A stretch of DNA of 63,993 bases, filler included, from Acidimicrobiia bacterium (GTDB lineage Bacteria; Actinomycetota; Acidimicrobiia; Spongiisociales; CAZKJJ01), in assembly GCA_046759765.1 (NCBI GenBank). It is 4 parts of 4 records of this genome, joined end to end, with 100 filler letters (N's around TTAATTAATTAA, not from the genome) between each part and the next. Parts side by side here need not be neighbours in the genome. Positions count along the whole stretch, not along the records: positions 1 to 16,507 come from JBHICV010000045.1; positions 16,608 to 32,917 come from JBHICV010000046.1; 2 more parts are not named here. One strand, 5' to 3'. This document shows, piece after piece, positions 10,038-19,533 of this stretch. Every line of letters starts with the position of its first letter. Within the stretch, counting starts at the first letter, position 1. Position numbers and translations under genes: made by a program. The notes below the pieces were generated by a model. That model had not been told where the DNA came from. It saw nothing but the letters and a program-made list of their open reading frames with translations, and made no database searches.

Positions 10038-12371
10038 ATGCCCTGGAGGCACCGTTCAGACGCGGGCTTCAGCATCATCGAATCGACGGTGGCGCTGGTG
10101 GTCGTCTTCGTCGTGCTGCTCGCACTGCTGAGGAGTCTCGACGCTGGACTGCGCATAGTCGTCGAGACCCGGAGGCAAGCAGCGGCCTCGGCGCTAGCGT
10201 CCGAACTGCTGGAGCGAGCCCGGTCGCTCGAGTGGGACAACATCGGCCTCACCGACGACAGCAATGACGCCGACTGCCCCCCTGCCGGCGACGGCGTCGG
10301 CTGTGCCACCTGGACCGCGGATCCATACAGCCTCACCATCGCCACCGACACCGACGGCGACTACACGTTCGAGGGCGAGAAGGTCGTGTTCCTCAACCCT
10401 GCCAGCACGTTTGATCCGTTTCTCTCCTTTCATAGTTCCGTAACCCGTGACAACCAGGACTTCGAGCGCTTCCTGTTCGTGTCCTCCGTCGTAGACGGCG
10501 GTGGCTCTGAGCGGTTCCGGCGAGTTACGGCGGTTGTTCAGTGGACAGCCCACAGCGGGTTCCGAAAGGAAGTACGTCAGGTCACCTACGCCTCGGCCTT
10601 CGACGAGCCTGCCCAGCCGTTCCTCTACGGGTCCGTCGACTACGACGGTGGCTTCGTGACCGTTTCCGGGACGCAGCCGCAGGGTCGGGGGATGGTCGAG
10701 GGCACGAGTGACTGGTCTGATCCCTCGGATGCTCGTCCCGATCTCATCGCCACCGTCGAGTTTCCCGATGCGCAGGTCGACGCCGTTACCGACTACGTCT
10801 CCGGCGCCTTCTCGCTTGTACAGGGCACCGTCGGAGACTACGACTGGTCGGACGGCAAGACGGCCACCATTGGGCGCGAGGTGGCAGCCAAGCGAGCCGA
10901 CGACGACTTCGGATCGGCACCTCCCCTCAACGACCCACCCACCATCACTTCTCTGGCCGCCTGGGAGGTCGACGAGCCGGCCCCTCATGATTACTGGACC
11001 AGGGAAGAGACGGATGATGGCTGCTGCGCCGACGCAGTGACCTTCAACGGTCAGGCCTGGTCCCAATACACGACCGATGATCTTCCCTACGCCGTGCTCG
11101 ATGTCTCGTCGGCGGAGGCGGTGATCGGCTCCTTCACCACGCATGACGGCCTCGGCTCGGCCGTCGCCGACACCTACTACCTGAAGGGCGACGGAGTCCC
11201 GCAGGCAACGCTAAGCACCACTGCTCCCACCGCCACGGTCCTACCCAACTACGACCCGGGCCGGGACTCCGACCCAGGACTCCTGCTCAAGAAGAGCAGC
11301 CTGGGCCTCGCGGAGACCGACCCCACCAAGTACCAGTTGTGGGGTACCGCCCCCGGAGCAGTCACAGTCGACGGCCCGGCCAATCTCGTTTTCTGGAGCG
11401 CGATGAAGGACTTCGAGGATGACAAGGAGGCAACGGTGGCCGCCGCTCTTCTGGACTGTGTCACGCCCGGTGTGTCCTGTGTCACGGTCGCCACCGGCAC
11501 GGTGACTGCCGATCCATGGAGTGGAGGATCTAGCACATGGGTGGAGCACACCTTGGACTTTGGGACGGTCAGCTACACCGTCGCAGCCGGTCGCGTACTG
11601 GCAGTCAAGGTAGTCGTGGACGACACCCCCGCCGATGACGACATGTGGTTTGCCTACGACACGGTCGACTATCAGAGCCGCCTCAACATCAATACGAGTT
11701 CACTTATAGGAGCGCCCTACGAGTTTCGGCTGTTTACCCAGGGAGCCGCCTCCGGATCGGCCCACCACTACCAGGGAACCATTGACCGTTACAAGACCGT
11801 TCCCACGGCTCGCAGGGTTGACGTGTCGTTCTCGTGGGACGGCGAGACGGTCTACTTCGGTCACGACGAGGTCTACGAGGGTGCTTCCGGTGGTGCCTTT
11901 CTCGGCTGGATCCGGGTGGACCTTCCGTCCCTGTCGGGGACGCTCTCCGCCGGAGAAGTCACGAGCGCACCGAGCCTCCTCAGCGACCACCTCACCATTT
12001 GGGCCTGGGACCCGTCCAGCGACTCCTACACCCAGGTCTTCGATGTCGACTACGACACACTCGCTTCCGTCCAGACCATAAGTGTCACCCAGAGCCATCT
12101 GCTCACCACGGCCGGATACCCCCAGCTCTCCTACGACTTGCAGACTGACCTCACCGTGAACCCGCCGATCATCAGCGAGGCGTTCGACCCGACTGGATCG
12201 CGGTCCAACGTGATCGTGCAAGCACCCGCCATCGTCGCCGGGACCATTGCCTATCGGGTCGAGGACATGGTTCCCATATTGGGTACCGACGGCCTCCTCT
12301 TCGATCTCGAGCTCGTGTTCGGACTCGGGGGCTTCGATGGCAACGCCCAGTACATCGATCCGGAGGCGTGA
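10038..12371 (+). CDS. Large (777 aa) type IV prepilin-like protein (PilV/GspI position)
   Basis: Class III signal DAG|FSIIE plus hydrophobic helix, ELLERARS motif, then long acidic beta-rich extracellular region. Confidence 0.8.
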   Translation: MPWRHRSDAGFSIIESTVALVVVFVVLLALLRSLDAGLRIVVETRRQAAASALASELLERARSLEWDNIGLTDDSNDADCPPAGDGVGCATWTADPYSLTIATDTDGDYTFEGEKVVFLNPASTFDPFLSFHSSVTRDNQDFERFLFVSSVVDGGGSERFRRVTAVVQWTAHSGFRKEVRQVTYASAFDEPAQPFLYGSVDYDGGFVTVSGTQPQGRGMVEGTSDWSDPSDARPDLIATVEFPDAQVDAVTDYVSGAFSLVQGTVGDYDWSDGKTATIGREVAAKRADDDFGSAPPLNDPPTITSLAAWEVDEPAPHDYWTREETDDGCCADAVTFNGQAWSQYTTDDLPYAVLDVSSAEAVIGSFTTHDGLGSAVADTYYLKGDGVPQATLSTTAPTATVLPNYDPGRDSDPGLLLKKSSLGLAETDPTKYQLWGTAPGAVTVDGPANLVFWSAMKDFEDDKEATVAAALLDCVTPGVSCVTVATGTVTADPWSGGSSTWVEHTLDFGTVSYTVAAGRVLAVKVVVDDTPADDDMWFAYDTVDYQSRLNINTSSLIGAPYEFRLFTQGAASGSAHHYQGTIDRYKTVPTARRVDVSFSWDGETVYFGHDEVYEGASGGAFLGWIRVDLPSLSGTLSAGEVTSAPSLLSDHLTIWAWDPSSDSYTQVFDVDYDTLASVQTISVTQSHLLTTAGYPQLSYDLQTDLTVNPPIISEAFDPTGSRSNVIVQAPAIVAGTIAYRVEDMVPILGTDGLLFDLELVFGLGGFDGNAQYIDPEA

Positions 12372-12994
12372 TGAGGGAGTACGCGCGCGAGGACGCCGGC
12401 GTATCGTTGGTCGAGGTGGTGATGGCGATGATGCTGCTGGGCATCGTGGCAATCATCTTCCTGCCCGTTCTGAACTCTTCTCTCTTCGCCACCCGCGATC
12501 TCCAGTACACCGCGCAGAGCAACGATGCCGGGCGTCTCGCGCTGGCCGAGCTCGACCGGCAGTTTCGGGCGGCCGAGCGTATCTGCACTCCCGATCCGGG
12601 CGACTCGGGCTCGACGCTGAGCTTTCGCACTCGGGCGTGGACACAGACGACAACAGTCAGCGGTTACCGGGATCTCCTCTACCAGCTCAACGGGACGTCA
12701 CTCGAACGCTCGTCGGATGGTGGCACCTCCTGGGCCACAGTCATCGATGACGTGGTCAACGACACCGTCGTCGACGACGACTACAACCTCGCTGAAGGCC
12801 GCCCTCTCGGAACAGCAGGGGTACCGATATTCACGGTCGAGGGCGGAGCAGGTTCGCCGGCGCCCTCCGCAGGCAAGGTCGTCACTGTCCGGATCTGGGT
12901 CGATGCCAGCTCGACTGATCGAATCGACCCGAAGCTACTTACCACCGAGCTGTCGGGCCGAAACATCTGGATTCCTAACTCGGCGGGGTGTTGA
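12371..12994 (+). CDS. Type IV minor pilin, PilW/GspJ-like
   Basis: EDAG|VSLVEVVMAMMLL, ELDRQFRAA, C-terminal ELSGRN. Confidence 0.85.
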   Translation: MREYAREDAGVSLVEVVMAMMLLGIVAIIFLPVLNSSLFATRDLQYTAQSNDAGRLALAELDRQFRAAERICTPDPGDSGSTLSFRTRAWTQTTTVSGYRDLLYQLNGTSLERSSDGGTSWATVIDDVVNDTVVDDDYNLAEGRPLGTAGVPIFTVEGGAGSPAPSAGKVVTVRIWVDASSTDRIDPKLLTTELSGRNIWIPNSAGC

Positions 12995-12995
12995 A

Positions 12996-14462
12996 ATGGT
13001 CGGCTCCTTCGCACGTGCCTTCCACCGAGAAGACGGATTCGCGCTGGCGATGGCACTATTCGTCGTTTTCGCCGTTCTGGCGCTGGCTGCGATCTGGTAC
13101 TCGGTGTCCCTTCACGAGCTCGACGAGGTGACATTCGACCGCAACCGGACTCAGGCCGTTCACGCGGCCGATGCAGGCGCTCGCGAAGCGATGTATCTGC
13201 TGGCCAACGACAGCACCGTTCGGGCCGCCGCGCTGGGAGCGGGCAGTTACAACTCGGGCATCACGTCATCGGTCTGCGACCTCGTGCAGCTCACGAGCGA
13301 TGGGAGCACCTCCGGCGAATACTGGGTGCAGATCACCGACGCGACTCCAGCAGACACGACTGACTACCAGTACTTCGCGGAGGGCTGGGGATGGGCCCCG
13401 GAACACACGAGGCGTCAGGCGAACGCCAAGAAGGTCGAGTTCGAGCTTATGCTCATCTCGCGCGGCTCGGGTTTCGACTACGGATTCTACGCCGGAGCAA
13501 TGGGGATCTCGGCCGGCAACCGCAAGGAGATCCACGGGGACCTCTACTCAGGCGGAGATCTCAATCTCTCCAACCAAACCGACATCTTCGACAACGGCAG
13601 CTTTCCGGGTGACGGCAACGTCGAGGCACGCGGAAACGTGATCATCCCGAGCGGTTCAGATGTCTACATCGAGGGAACCACCACCGTCAATGGTCACATC
13701 GACGACGACAAATCTGCGGATTACGTGGGCGATGTCACCGCCCTGGGCCAGAACGCTCTCCCTGGGGGCCACAGCGCCTACTTCAAGAGCGGTACGTTTG
13801 GTGGTGTGATCAGGCTAGGCACCACACTCGATCCCGGATCCAATGTCAACGGAGCTTCCGTGGTCGAGAACGCCACCGGCCTGGCCGAGGTGCCGGATCG
13901 CGGCATGCCAGCTTTTACCTGGAATGCCAGCGACTACACGCCCGCCGGAGCCGAGTATCCAACCTGGGCCGACTTTCTAACGTACTTCAACGCCAACGAA
14001 AGCTCCCTCTCCGGTGCTCACTATGTGCAGGACTCGGGCTCTTACACCTGGGACTTGAAGGACGCCAGGTTCAATGACGACTTTCTTCTCGTGGTGGACG
14101 GCCAGCTAACCATCAAGAGCACCGCCGGGCTTACGGCTTCGGCCGACACACCACTGACGGTGGCGGTGGTTGTCAGCCAGTCAACAGGCCGCGTCACGCT
14201 GGCACAGTCTTTCGGCTCGTCCGAGAATCTGAACTGGCTCATCTACTCGGAAGGCCAGTTCGAAGCCAGCCAGCAGACGACCGTCTACGGCACGGTGTAC
14301 GCAGAGGAGGACATCTCTTCCAACAAGCTGACGATCTTCTACCGGCCCCCTCAGACATTCGTCGTGAAGGGCTTTACGTTCAGCGCTGTGATTACCTACA
14401 CGGTTGAGCCGGGGGTGTGGCGAGAAACCCCCGTCAGCAGCTTGCCCTGCAGCCTTCCCTGA
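12996..14462 (+). CDS. PilX/GspK-like minor pilin with large C-terminal domain
   Basis: REDG|FALAMALF (no Glu5), QAVHAADAG motif, C-terminal WRE; ATG at 12996. Confidence 0.8.
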   Translation: MVGSFARAFHREDGFALAMALFVVFAVLALAAIWYSVSLHELDEVTFDRNRTQAVHAADAGAREAMYLLANDSTVRAAALGAGSYNSGITSSVCDLVQLTSDGSTSGEYWVQITDATPADTTDYQYFAEGWGWAPEHTRRQANAKKVEFELMLISRGSGFDYGFYAGAMGISAGNRKEIHGDLYSGGDLNLSNQTDIFDNGSFPGDGNVEARGNVIIPSGSDVYIEGTTTVNGHIDDDKSADYVGDVTALGQNALPGGHSAYFKSGTFGGVIRLGTTLDPGSNVNGASVVENATGLAEVPDRGMPAFTWNASDYTPAGAEYPTWADFLTYFNANESSLSGAHYVQDSGSYTWDLKDARFNDDFLLVVDGQLTIKSTAGLTASADTPLTVAVVVSQSTGRVTLAQSFGSSENLNWLIYSEGQFEASQQTTVYGTVYAEEDISSNKLTIFYRPPQTFVVKGFTFSAVITYTVEPGVWRETPVSSLPCSLP

Positions 14463-14480
14463 GGCTGTCGTGCCTCGGGC

Positions 14481-16139
14481 TTAGCCGGAGGCCCACCCCG
14501 GCAGTGGCAGCTCTTTCCAGTCCTCGTAGCGCCAGTCCGTGCCCAGGATCGGGTAGAGGGGCGGCCGCAGGTACTGGAGGCGCTGGTCGAAGTAGTAGTT
14601 GCGCTTGCTGTACGACCCGGACGGGTTGCCGCCGGTCTTCTTGGAGGCGATCGAGCCCTTGATATTGAGGGTGGAACCGCTGGGTGTCACCCTCGATCCG
14701 CTCAGGCCACAGGTGTAAGCCAGCCGCCACGCACCGCCTTGCGCCAGCAAGGAAGCGTTGACGTTGAACACCGCGTCGGCGTGGGTCGCATTGGGGTTGA
14801 TGACGACTTCGTCGGAGGCGATGAGCGCAAAGGTGTCTGACGTCGACACATCGAGAGTCACCGGATTCTGTCCGTCGTAGAAGATGTCAGCGTTGATGAT
14901 CACATTTCTGGGAGTCGCACTCGTCCCGGCGTACATCGAGAGGCTGCCCTTGACAACTCCATCGACGTACCCGTCGCCGTCGATATCCGTTCCAGAGCTC
15001 CAGCCGTGGTGTCCCACAACGAGGTGACCGTTGGCCCACAGGGTGCCGTTTGCCGGCATATCGAGTGTCCCGTGGAAGTCCCACATATCCGAGAATGTGT
15101 CGGCACCGTAGGGATCGTGGGAATAGAGCCACCAATACTCCTCCGCGTTTACGCAGGATATCGTTCGGTTGTCGTTTGACTTCCAGACGGCCAGCTTCCC
15201 GGTGCCGGCTGAGACATAAGGGTGGACGAGCCAGGCCTTGATCCCGCCTTCAGTCAGGCAGACGCCTCCTCCGCCACAAGCGGCCGACTTGATGTCGTCG
15301 AGGTCGTCCCAGAAGCTGTCGAAGTCGAGAGGCTCCGGAAACACATCGCGTATGTCTCCATGAACGCCACCGTCCGAGTCCCAGCCCTTCGACCCGTCGG
15401 CGTAGATGGGGTCATTCGTGATGCTCCCCTCGGAGTAGACGTCAGCGTGGACCACACCGTTCGGGCAACAGCCGAAGGAGAGATTTCCTCCGGTGTAGAT
15501 CTTCCCCCAGATCTCGGCGTTCTTCCCGTAGCCCAAACTTGCCTCGGTCGCGCGGAAGAACTCCGAGAGCGACGTAGCGGTGATAGCCGCCTCGATTACG
15601 CGTCGGTTGACCCGTTCTCCCGACTTGCCGGCCACGAGCACGGTGAGCGGCGTGGTCGGAGTGGGCGGTGCTACTTCGAGCTGCACGGAAACGTCGTCGC
15701 GGTCGACCGCACTGGTGTCCACGAAGGTCCCTTCCAGCAGCGGGTGCACCCACCAGTCAGGGTCAGGGTCGGGTGAGCTATCTCCGTCGCGATCGGGATT
15801 CTGGTAGGTCCAGATCTTGCAGCCGTCGTCCCAGGCATTACCGGGTTCGACGACGCTCTTGTAGCTGGCCGAGCTGGAGTCGTCACAGACCCGCGCTCTT
15901 TCCGCCTCATCGACCCAGTGGAGGTAGAAGAACGGGTCGAGGGTCAGCTTGGAGGCGTACCGATCCAGCAGCGCTTCGGTCCCGGCAATGACTATATCCT
16001 CCCGCCTCTGATTGGAGGATTGTGTTTCCTGACGCAGGGAGAGAGTCAAGACAAGCGCTGTAATCGTGCTGATGAGCACTACTGCCACCAGGGCGGTGAC
16101 CAGCGCAACTCCACTCTCTTGTCGAATCCTCTCACGCAT
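14481..16139 (-). CDS. Second PilX/GspK-like minor pilin (552 aa)
   Basis: QESG|VALVTALV (no Glu5), C-terminal YYFDQRLQYLRPPLYP...WKE. Confidence 0.8.
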   Translation of the reverse strand: MRERIRQESGVALVTALVAVVLISTITALVLTLSLRQETQSSNQRREDIVIAGTEALLDRYASKLTLDPFFYLHWVDEAERARVCDDSSSASYKSVVEPGNAWDDGCKIWTYQNPDRDGDSSPDPDPDWWVHPLLEGTFVDTSAVDRDDVSVQLEVAPPTPTTPLTVLVAGKSGERVNRRVIEAAITATSLSEFFRATEASLGYGKNAEIWGKIYTGGNLSFGCCPNGVVHADVYSEGSITNDPIYADGSKGWDSDGGVHGDIRDVFPEPLDFDSFWDDLDDIKSAACGGGGVCLTEGGIKAWLVHPYVSAGTGKLAVWKSNDNRTISCVNAEEYWWLYSHDPYGADTFSDMWDFHGTLDMPANGTLWANGHLVVGHHGWSSGTDIDGDGYVDGVVKGSLSMYAGTSATPRNVIINADIFYDGQNPVTLDVSTSDTFALIASDEVVINPNATHADAVFNVNASLLAQGGAWRLAYTCGLSGSRVTPSGSTLNIKGSIASKKTGGNPSGSYSKRNYYFDQRLQYLRPPLYPILGTDWRYEDWKELPLPGWASG

Positions 16140-16507
16140 TTCGGAGCCTCACGCTCTCCTCGAGCTCGAAGATGCGGGGGTTTTCCGTGACGAGACTCGG
16201 ATCGACCCGTAGGTGGATCTGGACCAGCGGAAAGTCACACGGGGTTGCGGTGCCCTCCAGGCATGTTGCGACTGCGGTCTGGCTGAGGGGGTCGCCGGTC
16301 CACTCCACTCCAACGAAGAGTGCCCCGCCGGGCACCACTGAGGGATCGTCGGCCAGCACATTCTCGAGTTCGATGCGCTGCAGCGACGGCGCCCCGGTGT
16401 AGGTCCAGGTCGACGCCCCGGGATCATCGGGAGGGATGACGGTGAGCTGGAGATCACAGACGCCACCGGCACTGCCGCCAGAGCAGTTGACCAGCTCGTA
16501 GGTGTGT
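16132..16507 (-). CDS. C-terminal part of PilW/GspJ-like minor pilin, truncated by contig end
   Basis: Open frame from gap: TYELVNCSGGSAGGVCDLQL...ELEESVRLRNA; VRLRN ending is typical; overlaps start of PilX-like gene. Confidence 0.7.
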
Positions 16508-16607
16508 NNNNNNNNNNNNNNNNNNNNNNNNNNNNNNNNNNNNNNNNNNNNTTAATTAATTAANNNNNNNNNNNNNNNNNNNNNNNNNNNNNNNNNNNNN
16601 NNNNNNN
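16508..16607. other. Artificial contig-joining linker
   Basis: 100 nt of N with central TTAATTAATTAA (stops in all six frames). Confidence 0.98.
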
Positions 16608-16929
16608 AGTCACCTTCCCGGAGGCGAGCCTCGCCGGTGTGGACTCCTATCCGCACCTCCAAGGTCAGCTCGGGTCCCTCACCGGCGAGCGCGCTTTGGA
16701 TCGTGGTGGCGGCCGCCACGGCATCGTTGGCGGAAGGAAAGACAAGGTGCGCCCCGTCACCCGTCTGCTTGACCAGAACGCCAGAGTTGGCTGCGGTCGC
16801 ATTTTTGACGATCTCGTCATGGGCGGCCATGGCCGCATGCATCTCGTCGGGATGCTCTTCCCAGAGGTGGGAGCTGTCCACTACATCGGTGAAAACGAAC
16901 GTGACGGTCCCGGTCGGGTAGTCGTCCAC
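16608..16929 (-). CDS. Class III adenylate/guanylate cyclase domain protein, N-terminal part (truncated by contig end)
   Basis: PTGTVTFVFTDVVDSS, VKQTGDG, VRIGVHTG. Confidence 0.88.
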
Positions 16930-17024
16930 TGCTTATCCCTCGTGCACAGAACATACCCAGTCGGAAGCGACTCGCGACGCGTTGAGTAGCTGTATCCGTC
17001 CTCAGCTACAAGAACTAGGTGCCG

Positions 17025-17318
17025 TCAGGGGGCGCTGAAGTGCCCGTCTACCTCGTACTCGTTGACGTCAGGTGGCTTGAGGAAGAACTCAGTGAATTCG
17101 TCGCGAATTTGCTGAGCCTTGGAGGCTGCGGCGTCGGCGTTCTCCTTGGTGTCGTAGATAGCGATAACGACGCCCTCTCCCGAGCCTTTATCCGAGGTAC
17201 TAAACCAGTGCTTGAGCCCCGGGATGCTCTCCACCTGGTTGCGGACCTCATTGAGTTGGCCCAACACCTCATCGATTCGCTCCGGGATAACCGCCATCGT
17301 GGTAATCCGTGCGTACAT
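17025..17318 (-). CDS. Small dimeric alpha-beta barrel (ABM-like) protein
   Basis: 97 aa, MYARITT...IPGLK...IYDTKENADAA...NEYEV pattern; GGAGG SD. Confidence 0.7.
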   Translation of the reverse strand: MYARITTMAVIPERIDEVLGQLNEVRNQVESIPGLKHWFSTSDKGSGEGVVIAIYDTKENADAAASKAQQIRDEFTEFFLKPPDVNEYEVDGHFSAP

Positions 17319-17417
17319 ACCTCCCCCACGGGTTGCGTGCGGCGAGCCTAACCGTCGCTGCGGATCAAAGTCGCGGCAGAACGGGACCGCGCCTTAATAG
17401 CTCAGGCCAGTGACGTC

Positions 17418-18101
17418 TTACTGGAGAGTGTCCACGAGCCAGCGGTGGAGAGGCTGCAGTTGTTCCCAACGGCTCATGCAAAAGGAGACCAACCGGCTCG
17501 ATGTCAAAGACTTGGGATGTGGCTCATCTCGTCCGGTCCAAAGCGATGAGTGGCGCAGCAGCCTCTCCTGGTGCTCATTGGCCGCATCGAATCCCTGCGG
17601 CAGGCGTTTGTAGTGCTGGTCGCGGACTTCCCAACCGGCCGCTTCGACGGCCTGAACCGCCTTGATGAGCGCCGGGCCGGACTTCGGGTCGACCACGGCG
17701 CTGCGGTAGGCAGCTAGCCGATCCTTGTCGAAACCGTGAGCCCCGACACCGATCCCCAGATCGGTCGGGGTGATGCGCATGAAGTAGCCGGAGGCCGCCT
17801 GTTTCCTTTCTCCTTCCCAGAACCAGAAGTCGAGGTGGTCCTTGTAGGGCCGCTTGTCCTTTGAGAACCTGATGTCGCGGTTGACTCGGAAGATGCTGCC
17901 GTTCACCCTTGGTACCGCTTGCACTTCGGGCGACAGCTCCGTGAGTGATTCTCCGGCGGCTGCTACGAACTGCTTCGCTGGCTCCACCCAGAACGCCTCG
18001 TAATCAGCGCGGTGAGCATCAAACCAGCTCTTGTTGTTGTTCTTGGAGAGAGCCGTCAGGAAGTTGACTGTCTCGCGCGGGAAACCGGCGAACGTGGTCA
18101 T
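17418..18101 (-). CDS. DUF2461 (TIGR02453) family protein
   Basis: FL..L..NNNKSWFDAHRADYE, IFRVNRDIRFSKDKRPYK. Confidence 0.92.
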   Translation of the reverse strand: MTTFAGFPRETVNFLTALSKNNNKSWFDAHRADYEAFWVEPAKQFVAAAGESLTELSPEVQAVPRVNGSIFRVNRDIRFSKDKRPYKDHLDFWFWEGERKQAASGYFMRITPTDLGIGVGAHGFDKDRLAAYRSAVVDPKSGPALIKAVQAVEAAGWEVRDQHYKRLPQGFDAANEHQERLLRHSSLWTGRDEPHPKSLTSSRLVSFCMSRWEQLQPLHRWLVDTLQ

Positions 18102-18185
18102 GGGTGGGCCCTTTCCCCTCGATTTCAGACGGCAAGGTTACGTTGCGGCCCGCGGCCCTCAGTCGCGTGTTGCATACTTCTCGAG

Positions 18186-19523
18186 ATGACGGTTCCAGAG
18201 ACGAGATTCGCTAAGAACGGAGACGTTCACATCGCCTATCAGGTAGTCGGCGAGGGGCCGATCGACCTTGTCTACTTCGGTGCAACCGTCTCGCATGTCG
18301 AGCTGATCTGGGAACAGCCCTCCGCGGCTCGCTTTCTTGAGCGGTTAGCGAGCTTCTCGCGTCTGATCATGTTCGATAAACGAGGCGTGGGAATGTCGGA
18401 CCCGGTCACTGGCAACCAGTTTCCAACCCTGGAGGAGCGCCTCGATGACGTCAGGGCCGTGATGAACGCAGCCGGGTCAGACGAGGCGGTGCTGTTCGGT
18501 AACTCGGAGGGGGGAGCATTAGCAGTCTTGATGGCGACAGCCCACCCCGGGCGAGTGTCAGGGCTGGTCCTGTTCAGCTGCTACGCCCGGCTTGCTCGCG
18601 AGCCGGATTATCCGTACGGGATCCCGCTTGAAGCATGGGGTCGCACGTTGGCCGCGGTGGAGGCGAGCTGGGGATCTCCTGACGTGATGGACGTCGTTTT
18701 CCCCAGCCTCCACGATGACGAAGCGTCCAGGCAATCTTGGTCGAGCTTTGCTCGACGAGCTACCACAGTCGGCGGAATCCTGACCCAGCTCCAGATGAAC
18801 TATGAGACGGACGTCTCGCACCTCCTCCCTCTGGTTCAAGCTCCGACGCTGGTCTTGCACGGAAAGAGAGAACTCTGGGTCCGGCCCGAGCACGGACGCT
18901 ATCTGGCTGAGCACACTCCAGGAGCCCGCTACGTCGAGCTAGCTACCGCCGACCATCTCCCTTTCACGGACGCAGCAAGCGCGGTCGCCGACGAGATCCA
19001 GGAGTTCTTGACCGGGACCAGAGAAGCGGCCGATCCCGACCGGATGCTGACGACCGTCTTGTTCACGGATGTGGTCGACTCCACGGCCCGGGCCGCCGGA
19101 GAGGGCGACCTACATTGGCGGGAGCTGCTCGATCGTCATGACCAGATCGTCCGCCGAGAGCTCGAGCGATACCGAGGTCAAGAGGTCAGGCACACTGGGG
19201 ACGGGTTCCTCGCCACTTTCGACGGCCCGGCTCGGGCCATTCGGTGCGGCCGTGCGATCGCGGAAGACGTGCGCGATGCCGGACTGGAGGTCCGGGTAGG
19301 CATACACACCGGCGAAGTCGAGGTACGCGGTCCCCACCTGGACGGGATCGCGGTTCACATCGGCGCCCGGGTGGCAGCTGAGGCCCGGCCTGGAGAGATC
19401 CTGGTCAGTCAAGCCATTCCGCCGCTCGTCGTGGGTTCTGGTCTCGAATTCGAGGACCGTGGCTCCTACGAGCTGAGGGGTGTTCCCGGACAGTGGCAGC
19501 TATTCAGGGTGGCCACCGACTGA
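18186..19523 (+). CDS. Alpha/beta hydrolase-class III cyclase fusion (LipJ/Rv1900c-like)
   Basis: IAYQVVGEGP, FDKRGVGMSD, GNSEGG, then FTDVVDST, TGDG, RVGIHTGE, GIAVHIGAR. Confidence 0.92.
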   Translation: MTVPETRFAKNGDVHIAYQVVGEGPIDLVYFGATVSHVELIWEQPSAARFLERLASFSRLIMFDKRGVGMSDPVTGNQFPTLEERLDDVRAVMNAAGSDEAVLFGNSEGGALAVLMATAHPGRVSGLVLFSCYARLAREPDYPYGIPLEAWGRTLAAVEASWGSPDVMDVVFPSLHDDEASRQSWSSFARRATTVGGILTQLQMNYETDVSHLLPLVQAPTLVLHGKRELWVRPEHGRYLAEHTPGARYVELATADHLPFTDAASAVADEIQEFLTGTREAADPDRMLTTVLFTDVVDSTARAAGEGDLHWRELLDRHDQIVRRELERYRGQEVRHTGDGFLATFDGPARAIRCGRAIAEDVRDAGLEVRVGIHTGEVEVRGPHLDGIAVHIGARVAAEARPGEILVSQAIPPLVVGSGLEFEDRGSYELRGVPGQWQLFRVATD

Positions 19524-19533
19524 CAGACTGGAT

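Noticed and set aside
10038..16507. Invertible (shufflon-like) pilin switching
   Set aside because: No recombinase gene or flanking inverted repeats seen by eye.
16508..16607. TTAATTAATTAA motif in N runs (also 32918-33017 and 48550-48649), and apparent adjacency of pilin, cyclase and rpo/atp blocks
   Set aside because: Artificial linker; the contigs are concatenated, so no linkage across gaps can be inferred.
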